This document shows positions 39,040 to 52,099 of a stretch of 64,000 nucleotides of DNA, one piece after another. The stretch lies in the NCBI RefSeq assembly GCF_963921235.1, contig NC_086097.1, forward strand, positions 66,094,001 to 66,158,000. The letters are read 5' to 3'. Under the pieces are notes generated by a model. It was not told where the DNA came from, ran no database searches, and saw nothing but the letters and a program-made list of their open reading frames with translations. Origin of the DNA: Mobula hypostoma (taxonomy: Eukaryota). Made by a program: the position numbers and the translations under genes. The number at the start of each line of letters is the position of its first letter. The stretch's first letter is position 1.

Positions 39040-42000
39040 GGAGACCAGGGGCGAGGCGAGGCTGGAGGCTGGGGGCGAGGCTGGAGGCTGGGGGCGAGGC
39101 TGGAGGCTGGAGACTAGAGGCGAGGCTGGAGACTAGGGGCGAGGCTGGAGGCTGGATACTAGGGGCGGGGCGAGGCTGGAGACAAGGGGTGGGGCGAGGC
39201 TGGAGGCTGGAGACTAGGGGCGAGGCTGGAGGCTGGAGACCAGGGGCGAGGCGAGGCTGGAGACCAGGGGCGGGGCGAGGCGAGGCTGGAGGTTGGAGAC
39301 TAGGGGCGGGGCAAGGGTGGAGGCTGGAGACTGGAGGCGAGGCTGGAGACTAGGGGCGAGGCGAGTCTGGGGGTTGGAGACCAGGGGTGAGGCGGGGCTG
39401 GAGGCTGGAGACCAGGGGCGAGGCAAGGCTGGAGACTGGGGGCGAGGCTGGAGACTGGGGGCAAGGCTGGAGGCTGGAGACTAGAGGCGAGGCTGGAGAC
39501 TAGGGGTGAGGTTGGAGGCTGGAGACTAGGGGTATGAACAGGCTGCAGGTTGGAGATTAGGGGCGAGGCGAGGCTGCAGGCTGGAGACTAGAGGCGAGGC
39601 TGGAGGCTGCAGACGAGAGGCAACGTGAGGCTGTAGGCTGGAGACTAGGGGCAGGGCGAGGCTGGAGTCTAGGGGCAGGGCAAGGCTGGAGACTTGATGC
39701 GAGGCTGGTGGCTGGAGACTAGGGGCGGGGCGAGGCTGGAGATTAGAGGCGAGGCAAGGCTGGAGACTAGAGACGAGGCTGGAGGCTGCAGACGAGAGGC
39801 AATGTGAGGCTGGAGGCTGGAAACTAGTGGCGGGGCTCGGGGCTGGAGACTGGGGGCGAGGCAAGGCTGGAGACTGGGGTCGAGGCGAGGCTGGAGACTA
39901 GGGGCGAGGTTGGAGGTTGGAGACTAGGGGCGTGAACAGGCTGTAGGCTGGAGATTAGGGGCGAGGCGAGGCTGCAGGCTGGAGACTAGTGGCGAGGCGA
40001 GGCTGGAGACCAGATGTGAGGCTGGAGGCTGGAGTCTAGGGGCGAGGTGAGGCTGGAGACTAGGGGCGAGGCTGGAGGCTGGAGACTAGAGGCGAGGCTG
40101 GAGGCTGGAGACTAGAGGCGAGGCTGGAGGCTGGAGACTAGGGGCGTGGCAACGCTGGAGACTAGGGGCGAGGCTGGAGACTAGAGGCGAGGCTGGAGAT
40201 GAGAGGCAATGCGAGATTGGAGGTTGGAGATTAGGGGCGAGGCGAGGCTGCAGGCTGGAGACTAGTGGCGAGGCGAGGCTGGAGACAAGGGGCGGGGCGA
40301 GGCTGGAGACCAGGGGCGGGGCGAGGCGAGGCTGGAGGTTGGAGACCAGGGGTGAGGCGGGGCTGGAGGTTGGAGACTAGGGGCGGGGCGAGGCTGGAGA
40401 CTGGGGGCGAGGCTGGAGGCTGGAGACTGGAGGCGAGGCTGGAGACGAGGGGCGAGGCGAGGCTGGGGGCTGGAGACCAGGGGCGAGGCGGGGCTGGAGG
40501 CTGGAGAGCAGGGGCGAGGCTGGAGGCTGCAGACTAGAGGCAACGTGAGGCTGTAGGCTGGAGACTAGGGGCAGGGCGAGGCTGGAGGGTGGAGGCGAGG
40601 CTGGAGGCTGGAGACTAGGGGCGAGGCTGGAGATGAGAGGCAATGCGAGATTGGAAGTTGGAGATTAGGGGCGAGGCGAGGCTGCAGGCTGGAGACTAGT
40701 GGCGAGGCAAGGCTGGAGACTAGGGGCGAGGCTGGAGGCTGGAGACTAGGGGCGAGGCTGGAGGCTGGAGACAAGGGGCGGGGCGAGGCTGGAGACAAGG
40801 GGCGGGGCGAGGCTGGAGGCTGGAGACTAGGGGCGAGGCTGGAGGCTGGAGACCAGGGGCGAGGCGAGGCTGGAGGCTGGAGACCAGGGGCGGGGCGAGG
40901 CGAGGCTGCAGGTTGGAGACCAGGGGTGAGGCGGGGCTGGAAGTTGGAGACTAGGGGCGAGGCTGGAGGCTGGAGACTGGAGGCGAGGCTGGAGACTAGG
41001 GGCGAGGCGAGTCTGGGGGCTGGAGACCAGGGGTGAGGCGGGGCTGGAGGCTGGAGACCAGGGGCGAGGCGAGGCTGGAGGCTGGGGGCGAGGCTGGAGG
41101 CTGGGGGCGAGGTTGGAGGCTGGAGACTAGAGGCGAGGCTGGAGACTAGGGGCGAGGCTGGAGGCTGGATACTAGGGGCGGGGCGAGGCTGGAGACAAGG
41201 GGTGGGGCGAGGCTGGAGGCTGGAGACTAGGGGCGAGGCTGGAGGCTGGAGACCAGGGGCGAGGCGAGGCTGGAGACCAGGGGCGGGGCGAGGCGAGGCT
41301 GGAGGTTGGAGACTAGGGGCGGGGCAAGGCTGGAGGCTGGAGACTGGAGGCGAGGCTGGAGACTAGGGGCGAGGCGAGTCTGGGGGTTGGAGACCAGGGG
41401 TGAGGCGGGGCTGGAGGCTGGAGACCAGGGGCGAGGCGAGGCTGGAGACTGGGGGCGAGGCTGGAGACTGGGGGCAAGGCTGGAGGCTGGAGACTAGAGG
41501 CGAGGCTGGAGACTAGGGGTGAGGTTGGAGGCTGGAGACTAGGGGTATGAACAGGCTGCAGGTTGGAGATTAGGGGCGAGGCGAGGCTGCAGGCTGGAGA
41601 CTAGAGGCGAGGCGAGGCTGGAGACTAGAGGCGAGGCTGGAGGCTGGAGACTAGGGGCGGGGCGTGGCTGGAGACTGGGGGCGTGGCAAGGCTGGAGACT
41701 GTGGGCGAGGCGAGGCTGGAGACTTGAGACTGGAGGCGAGGCTGGAGACTGGGGGGCGAGGCGAGGCTGGAGGCTGGAGAGCAGGGGCGAGGCTGGAGGC
41801 TGCAGACTAGAGGCAACGTGAGGCTGTAGGCTGGATACTAGGGGCAGGGCGAGGCTGGAGTCTAGGGGCAGGGCAAGGCTGGAGACTTGATGCGAGGCTG
41901 GTGGCTGGAGACTAGGGGCGGGGCGAGGCTGGAGATTAGAGGCGAGGCAAGGCTGGAGACTAGAGACGAGGCTGGAGGCTGCAGACGAGAGGCAATGTGA

Positions 42001-42755
42001 GGCTGGAGGCTGGAAACTAGTGGCGGGGCTCGGGGCTGGAGACTGGGGGCGAGGCAAGGCTGGAGACTGGGGTCGAGGCGAGGCTGGAGACTAGGGGCGA
42101 GGTTGGAGGTTGGAGACTAGGGGCGTGAACAGGCTGTAGGCTGGAGATTAGGGGCGAGGCGAGGCTGCAGGCTGGAGACTAGTGGCGAGGCGAGGCTGGA
42201 GACCAGATGTGAGGCTGGAGGCTGGAGTCTAGGGGCGAGGTGAGGCTGGAGACTAGGGGCGAGGCTGGAGGCTGGAGACTAGAGGCGAGGCTGGAGGCTG
42301 GAGACTAGGGGCGAGGCAACACTGGAGACTAGGGGCGAGGCTGGAGACTAGAGGCGAGGCTGGAGATGAGAGGCAATGCGAGATTGGAGGTTGGAGATTA
42401 GGGGCGAGGCGAGGCTGCAGGCTGGAGACTAGTGGCGAGGCGAGGCTGGAGACAAGGGGCGGGGCGAGGCTGGAGACCAGGGGCGGGGCGAGGCGAGGCT
42501 GGAGGTTGGAGACCAGGGGTGAGGCGGGGCTGGAGGTTGGAGACTAGGGGCGGGGCGAGGCTGGAGACTGGGGGCGAGGCTGGAGGCTGGAGACTGGAGG
42601 CGAGGCTGGAGACTAGGGGCGAGGCGAGGCTGGGGGCTGGAGACCAGGGGCGAGGCGGGGCTGGAGGCTGGAGAGCAGGGGCGAGGCTGGAGGCTGCAGA
42701 CTAGAGGCAACGTGAGGCTGTAGGCTGGAGACTAGGGGCAGGGCGAGGCTGGAGG
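39040..42755 (+). repeat. ~2.0-2.2-kb-period duplication (~39040-40590 vs ~41050-42755)
   Basis: ORF offsets are 2013 (39293/41306, 39526/41539), then 2167 (40262/42429). Shared variants: GGGTATGAAC, GGAAACTAGTGG, GGATACTAG. Confidence 0.85.
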
Positions 42756-44249
42756 GTGGATTCTAGGGGCAGGGCGAGGCTGGAGACTTGATGCGAGGCT
42801 GGCGGCTGGAGACTAGGGGCGGGGCAAGGCTGGAGATTAGAGGCGAGGCAAGGCTCTAGACTAGAGACGAGGCTGGAGGCTGCAGACGAGAGGCAATGTG
42901 AGGCTGGAGGCTGGAAACTAGGGGCGGGGCTCGGGGCTGGAGACTGGGGTCGAGGCGAGGCTGGAGACTGGGGGCGAGGCTGGAGACTAGGGGCGAGGCG
43001 AGGCTGGAGACTGGGGGCGAGGCTGGAGGCTAGAGACTAGGGGCGAGGTTGGAGGTTGGAGACTAGGGGCGTGAACAGGCTGTAGGCTGGAGATTAGGGG
43101 CGAGGCGAGGCTGCAGGCTGGAGGCTAGTGGCGAGGCGAGGCTGGAGACTAGATGTGAGGCTGGAGGCTGGAGTCTAGGGGCAAGGTGAGGCTGGAGACT
43201 AGGGGCAAGGCTGGAGACTAGAGGCGAGGCTGGAGGCTGGAGATTAGGGGCGAGGCAACGCTGGAGACTAGAGGCGAGGCTGGAGATGAGAGGCAATGCG
43301 AGATTGGAAGTTGGAGATTAGGGGCGAGGCGAGGCTGCAGGCTGGAGACTAGTGGCGAGGCAAGGCTGGAGACTAGAGGCGAGGCTGGAGGCTGGAGACT
43401 AGGGGCGAGGCTGGAGATGAGAGGCAATGCGAGATTGGAAGTTGGAGATTAGGGGCGAGGCGAGGCTGCAGGCTGGAGACTAGTGGCGAGACAAGGCTGG
43501 AGACTAGAGGCGAGGCTGGAGGCTGGAGACTAGGGGCGAGGCTGGAGGCTGGAGACTAGGGGCGAGACTGGAGGCTGGAGACAAGGGGCGGGGCGAGGCT
43601 GGAGACAAGGGGCGGGGCGAGGCTGGAGGCTGGAGACTAGGGGCGAGGCTGGAGGCTGGAGACCAGGGGCGAGGCGAGGCTGGAGGCTGGAGACCAGGGG
43701 CGGGGCGAGGCGAGGCTGCAGGTTGGAGACCAGGGGTGAGTCGGGGCTGGAAGTTGGAGACTAGGGGCGAGGCGAGGCTGGAGACTGGGGGCGAGGCTGA
43801 AGACTGGGGGCGAGGCTGGAGGCTGGAGACTAGAGGTGTGGCTTGAGACTAGAGGTGAGGTTGGAGGCTGGAGACTAGGGGCGTGAACAGGCTGCAGGTT
43901 GGAGATTAGGGGCGAGGCGAGGCTGCAGGCTGGAGACTAGTGGCGAGGCGAGGCTGGAGGCTAGAGGCGAGGCTGGAGGCTGGAGACTAGGGGCGTGAAC
44001 AGGCTGCAGGTTGGAGATTAGGGGCGAGGCAAGGCTGCAGGCTGGAGACTAGTGGCGAGGCGAGGCTGGAGACTAGAGGCGGGGCTGGAGGCTGGAGACT
44101 AGGGGCGAGGCTGGAGACAAGGGGCGGGGCGAGGCTGGAGACAAGGGGCGGGGCGAGGCTGGAGGCTGGAGACCAGGGGCGAGGCGAGGCTGGAGGCTGG
44201 AGACCAGGGGCGGGGCGAGTCGAGGCTGGAGGTTGGAGACCAGGGGTGA

Positions 44250-47200
44250 GGTGGGGCTGGAGGTTGGAGACCAGGGGCGGTGCGAGGCTGGAGGCTGGAG
44301 ACTGGAGGCGAGGCTGGAGACTAGGGGCGAGGCGAGTCTGGGGACTGGAGACCAGGGGTGAGGCGGGACTGGAGGCTGGAGACCAGGGGCGAGGTGAGGC
44401 TGGAGACTGGGGGCGAGGCTGGAGACTGGGGGCGAGGCTGGAGGCTGGAGACTAGAGGTGAGGCTGCAGACTAGGGGTGAGGTTGGAGGCTGGAGACTAG
44501 GGGCATGAACAGGCTGCAGGTTGGAGATTAGGGGCGAGGCGAGGCTGCAGGCTGGAGACTAGGGGCGAGGCTGGAGGCTGGAGACTAGGGGCGGGGCGTG
44601 GCTGGAGACTGGGGGCGAGGCGAGGCTGGAGACTTGAGACTGGTGGCGAGGCTGGAGACTGGGGGGCGAGGCGAGGCTTGAGGCTGGAGACTGGGGGCGA
44701 GGCGAGGCTGGAGACTGGTGGCGAGGCGAGACTGGAGACTTGAGACTGGAGGCGAGGCTGGAGAATAGGGGCGGGGCGAGGCTGGAGACTGGAGACTGGA
44801 GGCGAGGCTGGAGACTAGGGGCGAGGCAAGTCTGGGGGCTGGAGATCAGGGGTGAGGCGGGCTGGAGGCTGGAGACCAGGGGCGAGGCAAGGCTGGAGAC
44901 TGGTGGCGAGGCGAGACTGGAGACTTGAGACTGGAGGCGAGGCTGGAGAATAGGGGCGGGGCGAGACTGGAGACTGGAGGCGAGGCTGGAGACTTGGGGC
45001 GAGGCAAGTCTGGGGGCTGGAGACCAGGGGTGAGGCGGGCTGGAGGCTGGAGACCAGGGGCGAGGCAAGGCTGGAGACTTGATGCGAGGCTGGTGGCTGG
45101 AGACTCGGGGCGGGATGAGGCTGGAGGCTGGAGATTAGAGGCGAGGCAAGGCTGGAGACGAGAGACGAGGCTGGAGCCTGCAGACGAGAGGCAATGTGAG
45201 GCTGGAGGGTGGAAACTAGGGGCGGGGCTTGGGGCTGGAGACTGGGGGCGGGGCTCGGGGCTGGAGACTGGGGGCGGGGCAAGGCTGGAGACTAGGGGCG
45301 AGGCGAGGCTGGAGACTGGGGGCGAGGCTGAAGACTGTGGGCGAGGCTGGAGACTAGAGGCGAGGCTGGAGACTAGGGGCGTGAACAGGCAGCAGGTTGG
45401 AGATTAGGGGCGAGGCGAGGCTGCAGGCTGGAGACTAGTGGCGAGGCGAGGCTGGAGACTAGATGCGAGGCTGGAGGCTGGAGACCAGGGGCGAGGCTGG
45501 AGGCTGGAGACCAGGGGCGAGGCTGGAGGCTGGAGACAAGGGGCGGGGCGATGCTGGAGACAATGGGCGGGGCGAGGCTGGAGGCTGGAGACTAGGGGCG
45601 AGGCTGGAGGCTGGAGACCAGGGGCGAGGCGAGGCTGGAGGCTGGAGACCAGGGGCGGGGCGAGGCGAGGCTGGAGGTTGGAGACCAGGGGTGAGGCGGG
45701 GCTGGAGGTTGGAGACTAGGGGCGGGGCGAGGCTGGAGGCTGGAGACTGGAGGTGAGGCTGGAGACTAGCGGCGAGGCGAGTCTGGGGGCTGGAGACCAG
45801 GGGTGAGGCGGGGCTGGAGGTTGGAGACCAGGGGGCGGTGCGAGGCTGGAGGCTGGAGACTGGAGGCGAGGCTGGAGACTAGGGGCGAGGCGAGTCTGGG
45901 GGCTGGAGACCAGGGGTGAGGCGGGACTGGAGGCTGGAGACCAGGGGCGAGGTGAGGCTGGAGACTGGGGGCGAGGCTGGAGACTGGGGGCGAGGCTGGA
46001 GGCTGGAGACTAGAGGTGAGGCTGCAGACTAGGGGTGAGGTTGGAGGCTGGAGACTAGGGGCATGAACAGGCTGCAGGTTGGAGATTAGGGGCGAGGCGA
46101 GGCTGCAGGCTGGAGACTAGGGGCGAGGCTGGAGGCTGGAGACTAGGGGCGGGGCGTGGCTGGAGACTGGGGGCGTGGTAAGGCTGGAGACTGTGGGCGA
46201 GGCGAGGCTGGAGACTTGAGACTGGTGGCGAGGCTGGAGACTGGGGGGCGAGGCGAGGCTTGAGGCTGGAGACTGGGGGCGAGGCGAGGCTGGAGACTGG
46301 TGGCGAGGCGAGACTGGAGACTTGAGACTGGAGGCGAGGCTGGAGAATAGGGGCGGGGCGAGGCTGGAGACTGGAGACTGGAGGCGAGGCTGGAGACTAG
46401 GGGCGAGGCAAGTCTGGGGGCTGGAGATCAGGGGTGAGGCGGGCTGGAGGCTGGAGACCAGGGGCGAGGCAAGGCTGGAGACTGGTGGCGAGGCGAGACT
46501 GGAGACTTGAGACTGGAGGCGAGGCTGGAGAATAGGGGCGGGGCGAGACTGGAGACTGGAGGCGAGGCTGGAGACTTGGGGCGAGGCAAGTCTGGGGGCT
46601 GGAGACCAGGGGTGAGGCGGGCTGGAGGCTGGAGACCAGGGGCGAGGCAAGGCTGGAGACTAGAGGCGAGGCTGGAGGCTGCAGACTAGAGGCAATGCGA
46701 GGCTGTAGGCTGGAGACTAGGGGCGGGGCGAGGCTGGAGGGTGGAGTCTTGGGGCAGGGCGAGGCTGGAGACTTGATGCGAGGCTGGTGGCTGGAGACTC
46801 GCGGCGGGATGAGGCTGGAGGCTGGAGATTAGAGGCGAGGCAAGGCTGGAGACGAGAGACGAGGCTGGAGCCTGCAGACGAGAGGCAATGTGAGGCTGGA
46901 GGGTGGAAACTAGGGGCGGGGCTCGGGGCTGGAGACTGGGGGCGGGGCAAGGCTGGAGACTAGGGGCGAGGCGAGGCTGGAGACTGGGGGCGAGGCTGAA
47001 GACTGTGGGCGAGGCTGGAGACTAGAGGCGAGGCTGGAGACTAGGGGCGTGAACAGGCAGCAGGTTGGAGATTAGGGGCGAGGCGAGGCTGCAGGCTGGA
47101 GACTAGTGGCGAGGCGAGGCTGGAGACCAGGGGCGAGGCTGGAGGCTGGAGACCAGGGGCGAGGCTGGAGGCTGGAGACCAGGGGCGAGGCTGGAGGCTG

Positions 47201-47490
47201 GAGACAAGGGGCGGGGCGAGGCTGGAGACAATGGGCGGGGCGAGGCTGGATGCTGGAGACTAGGGGTGAGGCTGGAGGCTGGAGACCAGGGGCGAGGCGA
47301 GGCTGGAGGCTGGAGACCAGGGGCGGGGCGAGGCGAGGCTGGAGGTTGGAGACCAGGGGTGAGGCGGGGCTGGAGGTTGGAGACTAGGGGCGGGGAGAGG
47401 CTGGAGGCTGGAGACTGGAGGTGAGGCTGGAGACTAGCGGCGAGGCGAGTCTGGGGGCTGGAGACCAGGGGTGAGGCGGGGCTGGAGGCT
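44250..47490 (+). repeat. ~1.6-kb tandem duplication (~44250-45820 vs ~45820-47490), with a diverged related block from ~47825
   Basis: ORF offsets are 1558, 1582, 1582 and 1668. Shared variants: GGCGGTGCGAGG, GGGACTGG, GAGATCAGG, GAACAGGCAGCAGG, GACAATGGG, GACTAGCGGCG. Confidence 0.85.
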
Positions 47491-50400
47491 GGAGACCAGG
47501 GGCGAGGCGAGCTGGAGACTGGGGGCGAGGCTGGAGGCTGGAGACTAGAGGCGAGGCTGGAGACTAGGGGCATGAACAGGCTGCAGGTTGGAGATTAGGG
47601 GCGAGGCGAGGCTGCAGGCTGGAGACTAGTGGCGAGGCGAGGCTGGAGACTGGAGGCGAGGCTGGAGGCTGGAGACTAGGGGTGGGGCGAGGCTGGAGAC
47701 AAGGGGCGGGGCGAGGCTGGAGGCTGGAAACTAGGGGTGAGGCTGGAGGCTGGAGACCAGGGGCGAGGCGAGGCTGGAGGCTGGAGACCAGGGGCGGGGC
47801 GAGGCTGGAGGTTGGAGACCAGGGGTGAGGCGGGGCTGGAGGTTGGAGACCAGGGGCGGTGCGAGGCTGGAGGCTGGAGACTGGAGGCGAGGCTGGAGAC
47901 TAGGGGCGAGGCGAGTCTGGGGGCTGGAGACCAGGGGTGAGGCGGGGCTGGAGGCTGGAGACCAGGGGCGAGGCGAGGCTGGAGACTGGGGGCGAGGCTG
48001 GAGGCTGGAGACTAGAGGTGAGGCTGGAGACTAGGGGTGAGGTTGGAGGCTGGAGACTAGGGGCATGAACAGGCTGCAGGTTGGAGATTAGGGGCGAGGC
48101 GAGGCTGCAGGCTGGAGACTAGGGGCGAGGCGAGGCTGGAGACTGGAGGCGAGGCTGGAGACTAGGGGCGGGGCGTGGCTGGAGACTGGGGGCGTGGCAA
48201 GGCTGGAGGCTGTGGGCGAGGCGAGGCTGGAGACTTGAGACTGGTGGCGAGGCTGGAGACTGGGGGGCGAGGCGAGGCTGGAGGCTGGAGACTGGGGGCG
48301 AGGCGAGGCTGGAGACTGGTGGCGAGGCGAGACTGGAGGCGAGGCTGGAGAATAGGGGCGGGGCGAGGCTGGAGACTGGAGACTGGAGGCGAGGCTGGAG
48401 ACTAGGGGCGAGGCAAGTCTGGGGGCTAGAGACCAGGGGTGAGGCGGGGCTGGAGGCTGGAGACCAGGGGCGAGGCAAGGCTGGAGACTAGAGGCGAGGC
48501 TGGAGGCTGCAGACTAGAGGCAATGCGAGGCTGTAGGCTGGAGACTAGGGGCGGGGCGAGGCTGGAGGGTGGAGTCTTGCGGCAGGCGGAGGCTGGAGAC
48601 TTGATGCGAGGCTGGCGGCTGGAGACTAGGGGCGGGATGAGGCTGGAGGCTGGAGATTAGAGGCGAGGCAAGGCTGGAGACTAGAGACGAGGCTGGAGCC
48701 TGCAGACGAGAGGCAATGTGAGGCTGGAGGCTGGAAACTAGGGCCGGGGCTCGGGGCTGGAGACTGGGGGCGAGGCAAGGCTGGAGACTGGGGTCGAGGC
48801 GAGGCTGGAGACTAGGGGCGAGGCGAGGCTGGAGACTGGGGGCGAGGCTGGAGGCTAGAGACGAGGGGCGAGGTTGGAGGTTGGAGATTAGGGGCGTGAA
48901 CAGGCTGTAGGCTGGAGATTAGGGGCGAGGCGAGGCTGCAGGCTGGAGACTAGTGGCGGGGCGAGGCTGGAGACAAGGGGCGGGGTGAGGCTGGAGGCTG
49001 GAGAGTATGGGCGAGGCGAGGCTTGAGACAAGGGGCGAGGCTGGAGGCTGGAGACCAGGGGCGAGGTGAGGCTGGAGACCAGGGGCCGGGCGAGGCGAGG
49101 CTGGAGGTTGGAGACCAGGGGTGAGGCGGGGCTGGAGACTGGGGGCGAGGCTGGAGGCTGGAGACTGGAGGCGAGGCTGGAGACTAGGGGCGAGGTGAGG
49201 CTGGGGGCTGGAGACCAGGGGCGAGGCGGGGCTGGAGGCTGGAGAGCAGGGGCGAGGCTGGAGGCTGCAGACTAGAGGCAACGTGAGGCTGTAGGCTGGA
49301 GACTAGGGGCAGGGCGAGGCTGGAGGGTGGAGTCTAGGGGCAGGGCGAGGCTGGAGACTTGATGCGAGGCTGGCGGCTGGAGACTAGGGGCGGGGCGAGG
49401 CTGGAGATTAGAGGTGAGGCAAGGCTGGAGACTAGAGACGAGGCTGGAGGCTGCAGACGAGAGGCAATGTGAGGCTGGAAGCTGGAAACTAGGGGCGGGG
49501 CTCGGGGCTGGAGACTGGGGGCGAGGCAAGGCTGGAGACTGGGGTCGAGGCGAGGCTGGAGACTGGGGGCGAGGCTGGAGGCTAGAGACTAGGGGCGAGG
49601 TTGGAGGTTGGAGACTAGGGGCGTGAACAGGCTGTAGGCTGGAGATTAGGGGCGAGGCGAGGCTGGAGACTAGTGGCGAGGTGAGGCTGGAGACTAGATG
49701 TGAGGCTGGAGGCTGGAGTCTAGGGGTGAGGTGAGGCTGGAGACTAGGGGCGAGGCTGGAGACTAGAGGCGAGGCTGGAGGCTGGAGAATAGGGGCGAGG
49801 CAACGCTGGAGACTAGGGGCGAGGCTGGAGACAAGAGGCGAGGCTGGAGATGAGAGGCAATGCGAGATTGGAGGTTGGAGATTAGGGGCGAGGCGAGGCT
49901 GCAGGCTGGAGACTAGTGGCAAGGCGAGGCTTGAGACTAGAGGCGAGGCTGGAGGCTGGAGACTAGGGGCGAGGCTGGAGGCTGGAGACCAGGGGCAAGG
50001 CGAGGCTGGAGGCTGGAGATCAGGGACGGGGCAAGGCGAGGCTGGAGGTTGGAGACCAGGGGTGAGGCGGGGCTGGAGGCTGGAGACTAGGGGCGAGGCT
50101 GGAGACTGGAGACTGGGGGCGAGGCTGGAGACTAGGGGCGAGGCGAGGCTGGGGGCTGGAGACCAGGGGCGAGGCGGGGCTGGAGGCTGGAGAGCAGGGG
50201 CGAGGCTGGAGGCTGCAGACTAGAGGCAACGTGAGGCTGTAGGCTGGAGACTAGGGGCAGGGCGAGGCTGGAGGGTGGAGTCTAGGGGCAGGGCGAGGCT
50301 GGAGACTTGATGCGAGGCTGGCGGCTGGAGACTAGGGGTGGGGCGAGGCTGGAGATTAGAGGCGAGGCAAGTCTGGAGACTAGAGACGAGGCTGGAGGCT

Positions 50401-52099
50401 GCAGACGAGAGGCAATGTGAGGCTGGAGGCTGGAAACTAGGGGCGGGGCTCGGGGCTGGAGACTGGGGGCGAGGCAAGGCTGGAGACTGGGGTCGAGGCG
50501 AGGCTGGAGACTGGGTGCGAGGCTGGAGACTAGGGGCGAGGCGAGGCTGGAGACTGGGGGCGAGGCTGGAGGCTAGAGACTAGGGGCGAGGTTGGAGGTT
50601 GGAGACTCGGGGCGTGAACAGGCTGTAGGCTGGAGATTAGGGGCGAGGCGAGGCTGCAGGCTGGAGACTAGTGGCGAGGCGAGGCTGGAGACTAGGGGCG
50701 AGGCTGGAGGCTGGAGACTAGGGGCGAGGCAACGCTGGAGACTAGGGGCGAGGCTGGAGACTAGAGGCGAGGCTGGAGATGAGAGGCAATGCGAGATTGG
50801 AGGTTGGAGATTAGGGGCGAGGCGAGGCTGCAGCCTGGAGACTCGTGGCGAGGCGAGGCTGGAGACTAGAGGCGAGGCTGGAGGCTGGAGACTAGGGGCC
50901 TGAACAGGCTGCAGGTTGGAGATTAGGGGCGAGGCAAGGCTGCAGGCTGGAGACTAGTGGCGAGGCGAGGCTGGAGACTAGATGTGAGGCTGGAGGCTGG
51001 AGTCTAGGGGCGAGGTGAGGCTGGAGACTCGGGGCGAGGCTGGAGGCTGGAGACTAGGGGCGAGGCAACGCTGGAGACTAGGGGCGAGGCTGGAGACTAG
51101 AGGCGAGGCTGGAGATGAGAGGCAATGCGAGATTGGAGGTTGGAGATTAGGGGCGAGGCGAGGCTGCAGCCTGGAGACTAGTGGCGAGGCGAGGCTGGAG
51201 ACTAGAGGCGAGGCTGGAGGCTGGAGACTAGGGGCCTGAACAGGCTGCAGGTTGGAGATTAGGGGCGAGGCAAGGCTGCAGGCTGGAGACGAGTGGCGAG
51301 GCGAGGCTGGAGACTAGGGGCGAGGCTGGAGACTAGGGGCGAGGCTGGAGGCTGGAGACTAGGGGCAGGGCGAGGCTGGAGATTAGAGGCGAGGCAAGTC
51401 TGGAGACTAGAGACGAGGCTGGAGGCTGCAGACGAGAGGCAATGTGAGGCTGGAGGCTGGAAACTAGGGGCGGGGCTCGGGGCTGGAGACTGGGGGCGAG
51501 GCAAGGCTGGAGACTGGGGTCGAGGCGAGGCTGGAGACTGGGTGCGAGGCTGGAGACTAGGGCGAGGCGAGGCTGGAGACTGGGGGCGAGGCTGGATGCT
51601 AGAGACTAGGGGCGAGGTTGGAGGTTGGAGACTAGGGGCGTGAACAGGCTGTAGGCTGGAGATTAGGGGCGAGGCGAGGCTGCAGGCTGGAGACTAGTGG
51701 CGAGGCGAGGCTGGAGACTAGATGTGAGGCTGGAGGCTGGAGTCTAGGGGCGAGGTGAGGCTGGAGACTAGGGGCGAGGCTGGAGGCTGGAGACTAGGGG
51801 TGAGGCAACGCTGGAGACTTGGGGCGAGGCTGGAGACTAGAGGCGAGGCTGGAGATGAGAGGCAATGCGAGATTGGAGGTTGGAGATTAGGGGCGAGGTG
51901 AGGCTGGAGACTAGTGGTGAGGCGAGGCTGGAGACTAGAGGCGAGGCTGGAGGCTGGAGACTAGGGGCCTGAACAGGCTGCAGGTTGGAGATTAGGGGCG
52001 AGGCAAGGCTGCAGGCTGGAGACTAGTGGCGAGGCGAGGCTGGAGACTAGGGGCGAGGCTGGAGACTAGGGGCGAGGCTGGAGGCTGGAGACAAGGGGC

